Assembly (NCBI GenBank): GCA_023415815.1
Contig: JAEZJL010000331.1
Coordinates: 1-39,255, forward strand
DNA: 39,255 nt
Origin: Bacillota bacterium
GTDB taxonomy: Bacteria > Bacillota > Clostridia > Acetivibrionales > DTU013
Direction: 5' to 3'
Part shown: piece by piece, positions 7,021 to 16,749 of the stretch
Position numbering within the stretch: position 1 is the first letter of the stretch
How the letters are laid out: every line of letters begins with the position of its first letter
Notes under the pieces: generated by a model
Told to the model about the DNA's origin: nothing
The model's database searches: none
What the model saw: only the letters and a program-made list of their open reading frames with translations
Made by a program: the position numbers and the translations under genes

Positions 7021-9003
7021 ATGATAAAAAGCAAAAAGCCCGAAGTCTACGGCAACGAAAGCATTTCATCACTCAAGGGGGCGGACAGGGTAAGGCTGCG
7101 TCCCGGCGTCATATTCGGCTCCGACGGCATAGAGGGCTGCCAGCACTCCTTTTTTGAAATCCTCTCGAATTCCATCGACGAGGCGCGCGAAGGCTACGGC
7201 AGCACGATCGCCGTCACCCGCTGCGGCGACCGTTCAATCGTCGTAAGCGATCAGGGAAGGGGCATACCCCTCGACTACAACCCCAAGGAGGAGAAATACA
7301 ACTGGGAGCTGGTCTTCTGCGAGCTCTATGCGGGAGGCAAATACAAGAACAATTCGGGCGAGAGCTATGAATTCAGCCTCGGTCTGAACGGCCTAGGCTC
7401 CTGCGCCACCCAGTACAGCTCGGAGTATATGGACGTCACGGTTTTCCGGGACGGCTTCAGGTACGACCTGCATTTTGAAAAAGGCCAGAACATCGGCGGC
7501 CTGATGAAGGAGAAATGCAAATACCCCCATACGGGCACCATACAAAAATGGAAGCCCGACCTTGAGGTATTTACCGATATAGACATACCGCTCGAATATT
7601 TCCAGACCGTCCTGAAAAAGCAGGCCGTCGTCAACGCCGGGCTGAGATTCGAGCTTTACGACGAAGCCTCCGGGCAGAAATTCGAATACTGCTATGAAAA
7701 CGGAATCGTCGGTTATATAAGCGAGATAAGCGCAGACAAAGGCTTCACGGGCGTGCAGTTCTACGAGAGCTCCGCAAAGGGCAGGGACAGGGAGGACAAG
7801 CCCGAATACCGGGTCAGGATACAGACCGCCTTCTGCTTCAACAACGAGATCAACCTCCTGGAATACTATCACAATTCCAGCTTCTTAGAGCACGGAGGCT
7901 CCCCGGACAAGGCCGTCAAGGCCGCCTTCGTATACGAGCTTGACAAATGCCTGAAGGCCAGGGGCAAATATAACAAGGACGAGTCGAAAATCACCTTTGC
8001 GGACATACAGGACAGCCTTATTCTGGTTACAAACTCATTTTCCACGATAACCAGCTATGAGAACCAGACCAAGAAGTCCATCACCAACAAGTTTATACAG
8101 GAAGCGATGACGGAGTTCATAAAGCAGCAGCTCGAGGTGTACCTGATTGAGAACAAGGCTGAAAGCGACAAAATCATCGAGCAGGTCCTGGTGAACAAAA
8201 GAAGCAGGGAGACAGCCGAAAAGACCCGCATAAACATAAAGAAGAAGCTCAGCGGCACCGTCGACATGGCAAACCGGGTAAAGAAGTTCGTGGACTGCAG
8301 GACGAAGGACACCGACCGGCGGGAGCTTTATATCGTGGAGGGCGACTCGGCACTCGGCTCCTGCAAGATGGGAAGGGACGCGGAATTCCAGGCCATCATG
8401 CCGGTCAGGGGTAAAATTCTCAACTGCCTGAAGGCGGAATACGACAGCATATTCAAGAACGAGATCATCGTGGACCTGCTCAAGGTGCTGGGCTGCGGTG
8501 TCGAGATAAAATCCAGGCACAATAGGGACCTCCACACCTTCGAGCTGGAAAACCTGCGGTGGAGCAAGATCATCATATGCACCGACGCCGACGTGGACGG
8601 CTTCCAGATCAGGACGCTGATCCTTGCGATGCTCTACAGGCTTGTGCCCACGCTCATCCAGGAGCGCAAGGTCTTTATTGCGGAATCTCCCCTGTTTGAA
8701 ATTACAACGAGGAGCAAAACACACTTTGCTTACAGCGAAAAGGAGAAGAACGCTATCATCTCCAGGCTTGAAGGCAAATATACCATACAGCGCTCAAAGG
8801 GGCTGGGTGAAAACGAGCCGGAAATGATGTGGGAAACCACCATGAATCCCGAGACCAGGAAGCTTATACAGGTCGTTCCCGATGATACGGGCGGCCGGAC
8901 CGAGCTCATGTTTGACCTGCTGCTGGGCGAGAACCTCCAGGGCAGGAAGGGCTTTATAGAGGAGAACGGATACAGGTACATGGACATGATCGATGTGAGC
9001 TGA
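7021..9003 (+). CDS. parE: Type IIA DNA topoisomerase subunit B (topoisomerase IV ParE-like / GyrB paralogue)
   Basis: 660 aa. GHKL ATPase N-terminus (LEGCQHSFFEILSNSIDEA, GLNGLG). Toprim motifs YIVEGDSALGS, PVRGKILN, ICTDADVDGFQI. Confidence 0.85.
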   Translation: MIKSKKPEVYGNESISSLKGADRVRLRPGVIFGSDGIEGCQHSFFEILSNSIDEAREGYGSTIAVTRCGDRSIVVSDQGRGIPLDYNPKEEKYNWELVFCELYAGGKYKNNSGESYEFSLGLNGLGSCATQYSSEYMDVTVFRDGFRYDLHFEKGQNIGGLMKEKCKYPHTGTIQKWKPDLEVFTDIDIPLEYFQTVLKKQAVVNAGLRFELYDEASGQKFEYCYENGIVGYISEISADKGFTGVQFYESSAKGRDREDKPEYRVRIQTAFCFNNEINLLEYYHNSSFLEHGGSPDKAVKAAFVYELDKCLKARGKYNKDESKITFADIQDSLILVTNSFSTITSYENQTKKSITNKFIQEAMTEFIKQQLEVYLIENKAESDKIIEQVLVNKRSRETAEKTRINIKKKLSGTVDMANRVKKFVDCRTKDTDRRELYIVEGDSALGSCKMGRDAEFQAIMPVRGKILNCLKAEYDSIFKNEIIVDLLKVLGCGVEIKSRHNRDLHTFELENLRWSKIIICTDADVDGFQIRTLILAMLYRLVPTLIQERKVFIAESPLFEITTRSKTHFAYSEKEKNAIISRLEGKYTIQRSKGLGENEPEMMWETTMNPETRKLIQVVPDDTGGRTELMFDLLLGENLQGRKGFIEENGYRYMDMIDVS

Positions 9004-9055
9004 AAAGCGTGAGAAGCATCGGAATGTACCTTAAAAATAATACCTTAAGGTTGAG

Positions 9056-11254
9056 GTGGATATGCTGAACAAAAACTCCATGCAGCAGAAAATAGCGGAC
9101 ACGCTCGAGCAGAATTACATGCCCTATGCCATGAGCGTCATCGTATCGAGGGCGATACCCGAGATAGACGGCTTTAAGCCTTCGCACAGAAAGCTCCTGT
9201 ACACCATGTACAAAATGGGCCTCCTGGGCGGGGCCAGGACCAAGTCGGCCAATGTCGTCGGGCAGACCATGAAGCTGAACCCTCACGGCGACGCGGCGAT
9301 ATATGAGACGATGGTGAGGCTGACCCGCGGCAATGCCGCCCTGCTCCACGCGTTCATAGACTCAAAGGGCAACATGGGCAAGCAGTACTCCAGGGATATG
9401 CGCTACGCAGCGCCCCGTTATACGGAGGTAAAGCTGGAAAAGCTCTGCGAAGAGATATTCAGGGACATAGACAAGAATACCGTGGACTTCTCGGACAACT
9501 ACGACGGCAGCATGAAGGAACCAAACCTGCTGCCGGCGGCTTTTCCGAGCATCCTCGTAAATGCCAACCAGGGCATAGCGGTCGGTATGGCAAGCAATCT
9601 GTGCAGCTTCAATCTGCAGGAGATCTGCGAGGCCGCCGTCCAGTATATAAACGACCCGGCCGTCGACCTGGTGAAATACGTCAAGGCGCCCGACTTTTCG
9701 ACGGGAGGGCGGCTTATCTACAACGAAAGGGATATCCGGGAGATCTACGAGACCGGCAGGGGCAGCTTCAAGCTCCGCGCCAGGTACGGCTACGACAAGA
9801 AAAACAGCTGCATCGAAATATCGGAGATTCCGTATACAACCACGGTCGAGGCCATCATAGATTCCATCATCGAGCTGGTGAAGAGCGGCAAGGTCAAGGA
9901 CATAAACGACGTCAGGGACGAAACGGACCTGGACGGCCTGAAAATAACCCTGGACATCAGGAAAAGCGCCGACCCGGACGCGATCATGAACAGGCTTTTC
10001 AAGCTCACCACGCTGCAGGATGTTTTCAGCTGCAATTTCAACATATTGATCAATGGAATTCCGAGAGTGATGGGAGTCCGTACCGTGTTGGGCGAGTGGC
10101 TGAGCTTCAGGACAGTCTGCATAAAGCGCCAGACGCAGTTCGACATCGACAGGAAGCAGGAAAAGCTCCACCTCCTGCTTGGCTTGCGGAAGATACTTCT
10201 GGACATCGACAAGGCCATAAAAATCATCCGCGATACCGAGAACGACGCGCTTGTAGTGCCGAACCTCATGGACGGCTTTGACATAGACAAAATACAGGCG
10301 GAATTCATTGCCGAAATCAAGCTCAGGAACCTGAACAAGGAGTATATCCTGAACAGGGTCGGCGAGGTCGACAGCCTGACAAGAGAGATACAGGAACTGA
10401 AGGATATTTACGGCGACGAGAAAAAAATCAGAAAGATCATAGCAAAGCAGCTGAACGACATAGCAAAGAAGCACGGCCAGCCGAGAAGGACGGAGATAAT
10501 ACAGGACGAGCTGGTGGAGGAGATAACCGACGAACACATGATCGAGGATTACAACCTCAGGCTTTTCCTGACCGGCCAGGGCTACCTGAAGAAGATACCG
10601 CTCGTCTCACTGAGGGCGAACCCCGAGCACAAGCTGAAGGAGGACGACGGCTTCATGCAGGAGCTTGAAACCCACAATAAGGCGGAGCTTCTGCTGTTCT
10701 CCAGCAAATATACGGTGTACAAGCTCAGGATATATGAGATAAACGACTGCAAGGCCAGCTCGCTGGGCGAATACCTGACGAACCTGCTGCAGCTGGAGCC
10801 GGATGAAAAAATTATCCATATGGCAGCCACCGACAATTACAGCGGTTACATGCTCTTCTCCTTCGAAAACGGCAAGTCGGCCAAAATCGAGCTAGAGAGC
10901 TATGCGACCAAGACAAACCGGAAGAAGCTTGCAAACGCCTATTCCGACCTTTCTCCGCTGACGGACATAAGGTATCTGGACAGGGATGTGGAGCTTGCGG
11001 CTTACAGCAGCATAAACAAGGTGCTCATATTCGACACCTCCGGCATATCCCCCAAATCCACAAGGGATTCACAGGGCGTACAGGTTCTGAAGGCCAAGAA
11101 GGGCAGCATCATGTGCGCGGTGAAGCCGGTCGGCGAAACCGGCATCAGGGACGTCGAATATTACAGGACAAAGTCGATCCCGGCCGTCGGTTGCTACCTC
11201 AGGGACGAGGACCTGGAGGACCGCCAGGTTGCGATGAAGCTGGAGGACCGATAG
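9056..11254 (+). CDS. parC: Type IIA DNA topoisomerase subunit A (topoisomerase IV ParC-like)
   Basis: 732 aa. DGFKPSHRKLLY, HPHGD and the active-site AAPRYTE (catalytic Tyr) are present. The C-terminal domain is short and I see no GyrA-box (QRRGGKG-like), which favours topo IV over gyrase. RBS spacing favours ATG at 9062 over GTG at 9056. Confidence 0.85.
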   Translation: MDMLNKNSMQQKIADTLEQNYMPYAMSVIVSRAIPEIDGFKPSHRKLLYTMYKMGLLGGARTKSANVVGQTMKLNPHGDAAIYETMVRLTRGNAALLHAFIDSKGNMGKQYSRDMRYAAPRYTEVKLEKLCEEIFRDIDKNTVDFSDNYDGSMKEPNLLPAAFPSILVNANQGIAVGMASNLCSFNLQEICEAAVQYINDPAVDLVKYVKAPDFSTGGRLIYNERDIREIYETGRGSFKLRARYGYDKKNSCIEISEIPYTTTVEAIIDSIIELVKSGKVKDINDVRDETDLDGLKITLDIRKSADPDAIMNRLFKLTTLQDVFSCNFNILINGIPRVMGVRTVLGEWLSFRTVCIKRQTQFDIDRKQEKLHLLLGLRKILLDIDKAIKIIRDTENDALVVPNLMDGFDIDKIQAEFIAEIKLRNLNKEYILNRVGEVDSLTREIQELKDIYGDEKKIRKIIAKQLNDIAKKHGQPRRTEIIQDELVEEITDEHMIEDYNLRLFLTGQGYLKKIPLVSLRANPEHKLKEDDGFMQELETHNKAELLLFSSKYTVYKLRIYEINDCKASSLGEYLTNLLQLEPDEKIIHMAATDNYSGYMLFSFENGKSAKIELESYATKTNRKKLANAYSDLSPLTDIRYLDRDVELAAYSSINKVLIFDTSGISPKSTRDSQGVQVLKAKKGSIMCAVKPVGETGIRDVEYYRTKSIPAVGCYLRDEDLEDRQVAMKLEDR

Positions 11255-11327
11255 AATACGGAAAGACATTTGAGGGAATCTTACGTATTCTATATAGGCT
11301 GCGGAAATTGTCCGATGTACGGAAAAT

Positions 11328-12101
11328 TTGATTTCTGCAATGGGTCCTCAAGGTAAAACACAAGTGCGGAATATGGAGGCTGGTTTGAAAAATATTGTCC
11401 CGGCAAGCGAAAAAAGGAAGCTGGTTCTGAATATAACGCTTATTGCGTTATTTTTGGCTGTGCTGGCATATCTGGCGGTCAGGTTCGGGCCGGAAATAAC
11501 AAGGCTGGCCAGAAAGCCGGAGCACTTACGGGATGTATTAAATTCATACGGCTGGAAGGGCGTTCTGGTATTCATAGCGATACAGCTGCTTCAGGTGGTA
11601 GTCGTAGCCATCCCGGGCGAGATCGTACAGTTTGCCGGCGGGTATGTCTATGGCACCTGGCTTGGCACGCTCTATTCCCTTGCCGGCATAGCCGCAGGCT
11701 CTGTAATCGTTTTTTTCATCGCCAGGCTTCTGGGCTATCCCATTGTCAAGATATTCATTTCGCCCAAAAAACTGGAGCAATTCGATTTCATGCTGAACAG
11801 CGGCAAATCCGAGATAGCCATGTTCATCCTGTTTCTTATTCCCGGCATACCGAAGGATATACTTACTTATGTAGCCGGCCTCACGCCGGTGAAGCCTCTC
11901 AGGTTTCTGATCATAATTACCGTCGGAAGGCTGCCTGCGCTTCTGGCCTCTTCTTATATAGGGTACCACACCTGGAAGGGCAATTATGCCATAGTCATCA
12001 TATTGTCCATTGCGGCGCTGCTTCTTTTTGGTGCGGGAGTGCTGCTGAAGGACAGGATCATAGGCTGGTTCAAGAGCCCGGGACACGCGAAGAAGGATTG
12101 A
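11328..12101 (+). CDS. TVP38/TMEM64 (DedA-related, SNARE-associated) family membrane protein
   Basis: 257 aa polytopic protein. The pattern PGEIVQFAGGYVYG...FLIPGIPKD is typical of this family. The start is uncertain: TTG 11328, ATG 11340 or ATG 11373. Confidence 0.7.
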   Translation: MISAMGPQGKTQVRNMEAGLKNIVPASEKRKLVLNITLIALFLAVLAYLAVRFGPEITRLARKPEHLRDVLNSYGWKGVLVFIAIQLLQVVVVAIPGEIVQFAGGYVYGTWLGTLYSLAGIAAGSVIVFFIARLLGYPIVKIFISPKKLEQFDFMLNSGKSEIAMFILFLIPGIPKDILTYVAGLTPVKPLRFLIIITVGRLPALLASSYIGYHTWKGNYAIVIILSIAALLLFGAGVLLKDRIIGWFKSPGHAKKD

Positions 12102-12271
12102 AGTGCGCGTCGGTTCTGTGTATGGGTAACATCAGCTGCCTTGATGCTTAAGCTGTGATTTTAATATTATATGTATACTCTATTGCTTAAAATATGTTAT
12201 AATAAATATACTTTATGTTAACTTATAAATATTTTCAGCGGCACCAATAATAAAAATCGGAGCGGATCCTC

Positions 12272-13369
12272 ATGAAGGAACTACCGTTATATAAGCAAAT
12301 CCAGCATCAACTCAAGGAACTGATATTATCCGGTAAATTGCGTCCCGGCGACCGCATTCCGTCAGAGAATGAATTGGCCGAATATTTCAACGTCAGCCAG
12401 ATTACCTCCAAGCAGGCAATCATGGCGCTGGTCGATGAGAACATAATCATTCGTATTAAAGGTAAAGGATCGTTTGTTGCAGGCCGTAACGGAACCGATA
12501 TCCTGCAATCGCTTAATTCCGGGTTCAAGGGAATTATCGGCCTGGTCTTCCCTTCAATATATATGACGGTTGAAAGTATGATGTTTTATCACCTCCAATC
12601 CATGTTACATGAAAAAGGCTACCAGACCTTGATTCGCGTTACGGACGACAATATAAACAAAGAAATGGAAGCTATCCGCATGTTCCAGCTCTTTGGAGTG
12701 CGCGGATTTATAATTTTTCCGGTAATCAACGAGAACTATAACGACGAAATTCTACGGCTCAGCCTGAACCGTTTTCCCCATGTCCTGATCGATCGCTACC
12801 TGCCGAATATAACCAATAGCAGCATAACCTCCGACAATGTTATGGGGGCCCGCGATGTTGTCCGCTATCTGCTTGATTCCGGGCATAAGTGTATTTCCTT
12901 TATATCTCAGTCAGATACCAATTCGGTAACTCATGACAGAATTATCGGCTTTGAAAAGGCATTCACGGAAAAAGATTTACCTATCGACAAAAGATACTGG
13001 TTGTTTGTTAAAAGAGACAATCGCAGTAATAAGGAACAGGATCTGGCGGTCAAAACAAAGCTTCACGAATATTTCGAGCGTCACCCGGGCGTTACGGCTA
13101 TTCTCGCTGTTGATACTATTATAGCGAGGCTGGCATATGCCGTATTGAGCGAAATGGGAAAAGCGATTCCTAAGGATATTGTTCTGGTTTCTTTTGACGA
13201 CCCTAAGCTGCCTTTCGTACCCTTTGTCCAGCAGGATATGATCGAAATCGCTAAAAGGTCGGTAGGTTTGTTGATCAGCCAGATGGAAGATGAATACAAA
13301 TTTCGCCGTGAACTGGTGCCGATGCAGTTTGTATCCGATGTTCAATATCCGCTTTCGAGCAGCATATAA
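12272..13369 (+). CDS. AraR-like transcriptional regulator (GntR-type wHTH N-terminus fused to a LacI/PBP1-type sugar-binding domain)
   Basis: 365 aa. N-terminus LPLYKQIQHQLKELILSGKLRPGDRIPSENELAEYFNVSQITSKQA is a GntR wHTH. The remainder has PBP type-1 alternating beta/alpha character (IGLVFP..., AILAVDT...). Confidence 0.8.
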   Translation: MKELPLYKQIQHQLKELILSGKLRPGDRIPSENELAEYFNVSQITSKQAIMALVDENIIIRIKGKGSFVAGRNGTDILQSLNSGFKGIIGLVFPSIYMTVESMMFYHLQSMLHEKGYQTLIRVTDDNINKEMEAIRMFQLFGVRGFIIFPVINENYNDEILRLSLNRFPHVLIDRYLPNITNSSITSDNVMGARDVVRYLLDSGHKCISFISQSDTNSVTHDRIIGFEKAFTEKDLPIDKRYWLFVKRDNRSNKEQDLAVKTKLHEYFERHPGVTAILAVDTIIARLAYAVLSEMGKAIPKDIVLVSFDDPKLPFVPFVQQDMIEIAKRSVGLLISQMEDEYKFRRELVPMQFVSDVQYPLSSSI

Positions 13370-13386
13370 CTTATACTTATATAAAT

Positions 13387-13404
13387 TATACTAACCTTAG
13401 TATA
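13387..13404. promoter_or_regulatory. Perfect palindrome TATACTAA-CC-TTAGTATA; candidate operator for the AraR-like regulator
   Basis: 8+8 inverted repeat overlapping a TATATAAT -10-like element, between the regulator and the transporter genes. TATACT half-sites also occur upstream of the regulator gene (about 12165-12215). Confidence 0.4.
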
Positions 13405-13525
13405 TAATATCCCCTCATAAAAACATTATATTATTATTAAGGCGCCTTAATGCAATACACTATATCAAGTTTCACAAATTGCAGTTTACAGAACCAATTC
13501 AATTTAATATTAGGAGGTCAGAAAT

Positions 13526-14854
13526 ATGTTAACCAGAGGTTACAGATATGCTTCTTTATTAATGGTTTGTATTCTTGTTCTGCTGCTTATTGCAGGGTGT
13601 GGCAATAATAATGTTACGTCAAATAATTCAACCGAATCAATTAAGACGGATGCAACGGCTGTTGAAAAATCAGCAGAACCGGTCCGGCAAGAAAAGGTGG
13701 TTGTTAATTATTGGAATGGTTTTGGCGGATCGGACAGACCCGTTCTCGAAAGCATTGTAAAAAAGTTTAATCAATCTCAAAATGAAGCTGAAGTGAAAAT
13801 GGAAATCATGGCGTGGGATGTATTGTATCAGAAGCTTACCGCATCTGCCGCTTCCGGGCAAGGGCCGGATATGATAGCCTTTGGGCCGGAGAATGTCGCT
13901 ACCTATGTCGATCTGGGAGTAGTAGCTCCCATAAATGACTTCTATGAAAACAAAATGATAGATATAAGCTTGTTACCAAGGGGATACGACCAGCTGCTTC
14001 AATATAAAGGCAACTATGTCGGAGTACCGATGAATTTTTATAATTTAGCGTTCTTCTACAACAAGGATTTAGCTAAAAAAGTTGGTTTGGACCCGGAGGC
14101 TCCGCCGAAGAACTGGGATGAAATTGCGGACTGGGCTGTCAAAATCACGGATGTGAAGAAGGGCGTTTGCGGTCTGTCCCTTCCTACGGCTGGAGATATT
14201 TTTCCAATGCTTATGTGGCAGAATGGCGGAGATATCATAAATTATACCGATAAAACGTCAACAATAAATCAGCCGAAAGCTGTCGGGGCGGTAAAATTCT
14301 GGACGGATCTCATGATTAAAAACAGTATTGCCGCACCTCAGGATCAGGATTTTGTCCAGCTGTTTGCTTCCCAGAAATTAGGCATGATGTTTAGCGGTCC
14401 CTGGGCGATTGCTACCTTGAAGGCGGCAAAAGTCAACTATGGATTGACAATGATGCCTCCGGGCCCTGAAAAACAAGTGACCATGGGTACGGGACTGCTA
14501 ATGCTGATGACAAAGCAGGGTACTGCTAAAAAGGACGCCGTTTATAAATATTTGCAATACTGGTTCAGCCAGGATTCGCAGAAGGAATGGGCGGCCGGCG
14601 TGGGATTCCCCCCTGTCCGTACCGATTTGTCGTCCGACCCGGGGCTTATTTCCGCAAACCCCGATATGAAGGTGTTTATGGATTCTGCCTCCATTGCTCA
14701 GCCGTGGTTGGTCGGTATCGTCAATTCCAATAAAATTATTAATGATGTAAATAAGAAAGCTTTTGATGAAATTATCCTGAATAAGGCCGATGTCCAGAAA
14801 ACGCTGGACAAGGCGGCTGCCGAGATGGATAAAATACTGGCTACGGAGCGGTGA
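13526..14854 (+). CDS. CUT1-family ABC transporter solute-binding lipoprotein (sugar/oligosaccharide)
   Basis: 442 aa. Lipobox LIAGCG followed by a Ser/Asn/Thr-rich linker. Family-1 extracellular solute-binding character. RBS AGGAGG. Confidence 0.85.
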   Translation: MLTRGYRYASLLMVCILVLLLIAGCGNNNVTSNNSTESIKTDATAVEKSAEPVRQEKVVVNYWNGFGGSDRPVLESIVKKFNQSQNEAEVKMEIMAWDVLYQKLTASAASGQGPDMIAFGPENVATYVDLGVVAPINDFYENKMIDISLLPRGYDQLLQYKGNYVGVPMNFYNLAFFYNKDLAKKVGLDPEAPPKNWDEIADWAVKITDVKKGVCGLSLPTAGDIFPMLMWQNGGDIINYTDKTSTINQPKAVGAVKFWTDLMIKNSIAAPQDQDFVQLFASQKLGMMFSGPWAIATLKAAKVNYGLTMMPPGPEKQVTMGTGLLMLMTKQGTAKKDAVYKYLQYWFSQDSQKEWAAGVGFPPVRTDLSSDPGLISANPDMKVFMDSASIAQPWLVGIVNSNKIINDVNKKAFDEIILNKADVQKTLDKAAAEMDKILATER

Positions 14855-14888
14855 GGAGCATTATTCAGGCCGGATAGCTTTGAAGGAG

Positions 14889-14930
14889 GAGAAATCCACG
14901 GTATACCTTCGGATTTCTCTCCCTTATTTT
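14889..14930 (+). terminator. Intercistronic stem-loop / partial terminator after the binding-protein gene
   Basis: GAGAAATCC (14889-14897) pairs with GGATTTCTC (14911-14919), followed by TCCCTTATTTT. Confidence 0.45.
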
Positions 14931-14951
14931 AATTGGGGAGGTCTCGGATCT

Positions 14952-15839
14952 ATGCACATAAAATCATTAATCCGGAAGCAGTCAACGGCAGCTTACATTT
15001 TTTTATTACCAAGCATGATAGTTTTATTGCTTTTTGTCCTGGGACCGCTGTCCTTCTCGTTTTTCTCCAGTTTTTTTGATTTCAATATAATGATGACAAA
15101 ATTCAAATTCATCGGATTTCTTAATTATGCCAATGTGCTGCACGATGAACGGTTCTGGAACAGCTTGTTAAACGTAACGTATTTCACTTTGGCAATCGTC
15201 CCGGCACAGACGGTGATCAGCCTGCTTTTGGCTATGGCTGTCAATAAGCAATCCAGATTGAATGTATTATACCGGACGATATATTATCTCCCTGTCGTTT
15301 GCTCGATGACAATAGTAGGGCTGGCCTTCAACATGATCTTAAATTACAATATCGGCATTGTCCCTGAATTTATCAGATCACTGGGATTTACGCCGATTGA
15401 TGTTTTTCACGATCCGGTCTGGGCCATGCCTGCCATCATATTAATCAGCATCTACAAGGGCTTCGGCTTTACGATGGTAATTCTTCTGGCTGCATTGCAG
15501 GGGGTGCCGGATTCCTATTATGAAGCAGCGCAGATGGATGGCGCAAATAAGGTTGATATGTTCTTCCGGATCACGCTTCCGTCAATAGCGCCATCCCTTA
15601 CATTTGTCGTTATTACTACTGTAATCGGTTCCTTTCAGGTATTTGACCAGGTTTATGTAATAACGAAAGGCGGCCCTCTTTATAAGACGGAAACAGCTGT
15701 CCAGTATATTTACGAGCGCGCTTTCGTAACGAATGAGATGGGATTTGCCATTGCAAATGCGGTCCTGCTGTTTGCAGTCATTTTACTTTTCACATTGGTA
15801 AATTATCAAATCAGTCGCCGGTCGGAGGAAAATTTTTAA
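14952..15839 (+). CDS. Sugar ABC transporter permease (MalF/UgpA-like)
   Basis: The ORF-track ORF starts at 14790 but overlaps the binding-protein gene and the hairpin. ATG 14952 (MHIKSLIRKQ...) has a GGGGAGG RBS. The EAA-type loop YEAAQMDGANKVDMFFRITLP is present. Confidence 0.85.
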   Translation: MHIKSLIRKQSTAAYIFLLPSMIVLLLFVLGPLSFSFFSSFFDFNIMMTKFKFIGFLNYANVLHDERFWNSLLNVTYFTLAIVPAQTVISLLLAMAVNKQSRLNVLYRTIYYLPVVCSMTIVGLAFNMILNYNIGIVPEFIRSLGFTPIDVFHDPVWAMPAIILISIYKGFGFTMVILLAALQGVPDSYYEAAQMDGANKVDMFFRITLPSIAPSLTFVVITTVIGSFQVFDQVYVITKGGPLYKTETAVQYIYERAFVTNEMGFAIANAVLLFAVILLFTLVNYQISRRSEENF

Positions 15840-15850
15840 GCCGAAACACT

Positions 15851-16708
15851 ATGCTTAAATTCAAGGGGGGAACAAACTTGCGCTTTAGAATCTATCATGC
15901 GACTAATATATTCAAGTATTTACTGATGACTGCAATAGCGATAGCCACCTTATTTCCGTTTTTATGGATGTTTTTAACTTCCTTGAAGCAGAATGAAGAA
16001 GTAATGGCCCATCCTACCCAGCTGTTTTCATCAAACCCTACCTTTACTTCATATATCAATATCTGGTCGGAGGTTCCGTTTGCCAGGTTCTTTCTCAATT
16101 CGGTAATCTTTGCGAGCAGCGTCGTCATCATTGCGCTCATGTTCAATTCGATGGCCGGCTATGCGTTCGCCAGGCTCCGGTTTAGAGGAAGACATGCGTT
16201 GTTCATTATAACGCTCTGCACAATGATGATTCCGTTTCAGGTGATTATGGTTCCTTTATTTCTTCTGGTATCCAAAATGGGTATCATGGGTACTTACGCA
16301 GGCCTGATCCTGCCGCGCGCGGCGGATGCGTTCGGGATATTCATGATGAGGCAGTTCTTTCTGACCTTGCCCAGGGATCTGGAGGAAGCCGGGAGAATAG
16401 ACGGGCTTACCGAATTCGGAATTTTTTATCGCATCATGCTGCCTTTGTGCAAGGCTCCGTTTTTTACGCTGGGTTTATTCATTTTTATGGGGAATTGGAA
16501 CGACCTGCTTTATCCCATGCTGTTTACGAATTCCGAGGAAATGAGGCCTATTCAGGCGGCGATAGCCGTGTTTTCCGGCAAATATTCCACAGACTATAAG
16601 TTTATGATGACAGGGCTGTTTATTGCGTCCGTCCCGACCATACTTGCCTATTTATTTACCCAGAAATATTTTATCAGGAGTATTGCAATATCAGGCTTAA
16701 AAGCTTAA
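15851..16708 (+). CDS. Sugar ABC transporter permease (MalG/UgpE-like)
   Basis: 285 aa. EAA-type loop LEEAGRIDGLTEFGIFYRIMLP. TTG at 15878 is preceded by AAGGGGGG and may be the real start. Confidence 0.85.
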   Translation: MLKFKGGTNLRFRIYHATNIFKYLLMTAIAIATLFPFLWMFLTSLKQNEEVMAHPTQLFSSNPTFTSYINIWSEVPFARFFLNSVIFASSVVIIALMFNSMAGYAFARLRFRGRHALFIITLCTMMIPFQVIMVPLFLLVSKMGIMGTYAGLILPRAADAFGIFMMRQFFLTLPRDLEEAGRIDGLTEFGIFYRIMLPLCKAPFFTLGLFIFMGNWNDLLYPMLFTNSEEMRPIQAAIAVFSGKYSTDYKFMMTGLFIASVPTILAYLFTQKYFIRSIAISGLKA

Positions 16709-16749
16709 TTTCACTATTAATTCCACAAACGAAGGAGTATGCCATAAAT

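Noticed and set aside
9362-10537. 391-aa ORF on the minus strand inside parC. Similar long antisense ORFs lie at 8035-8724 (parE), 23354-24538 and 24539-25315 (uvrB), 30814-31770, 33207-33998, 26463-27176, 27285-27950 and 38097-38759.
   Set aside because: All lie entirely within, and antisense to, genes whose sense-strand products carry unmistakable family motifs. Their translations are low-complexity and Arg/Leu/Val/Gly-rich with no RBS. They are typical shadow ORFs of GC-biased codon usage.
11253-11290. 8-bp inverted repeat AGAATACG...CGTATTCT after parC, as a possible terminator.
   Set aside because: It has a 22-nt loop and no U-tract, so thermodynamic support is low.
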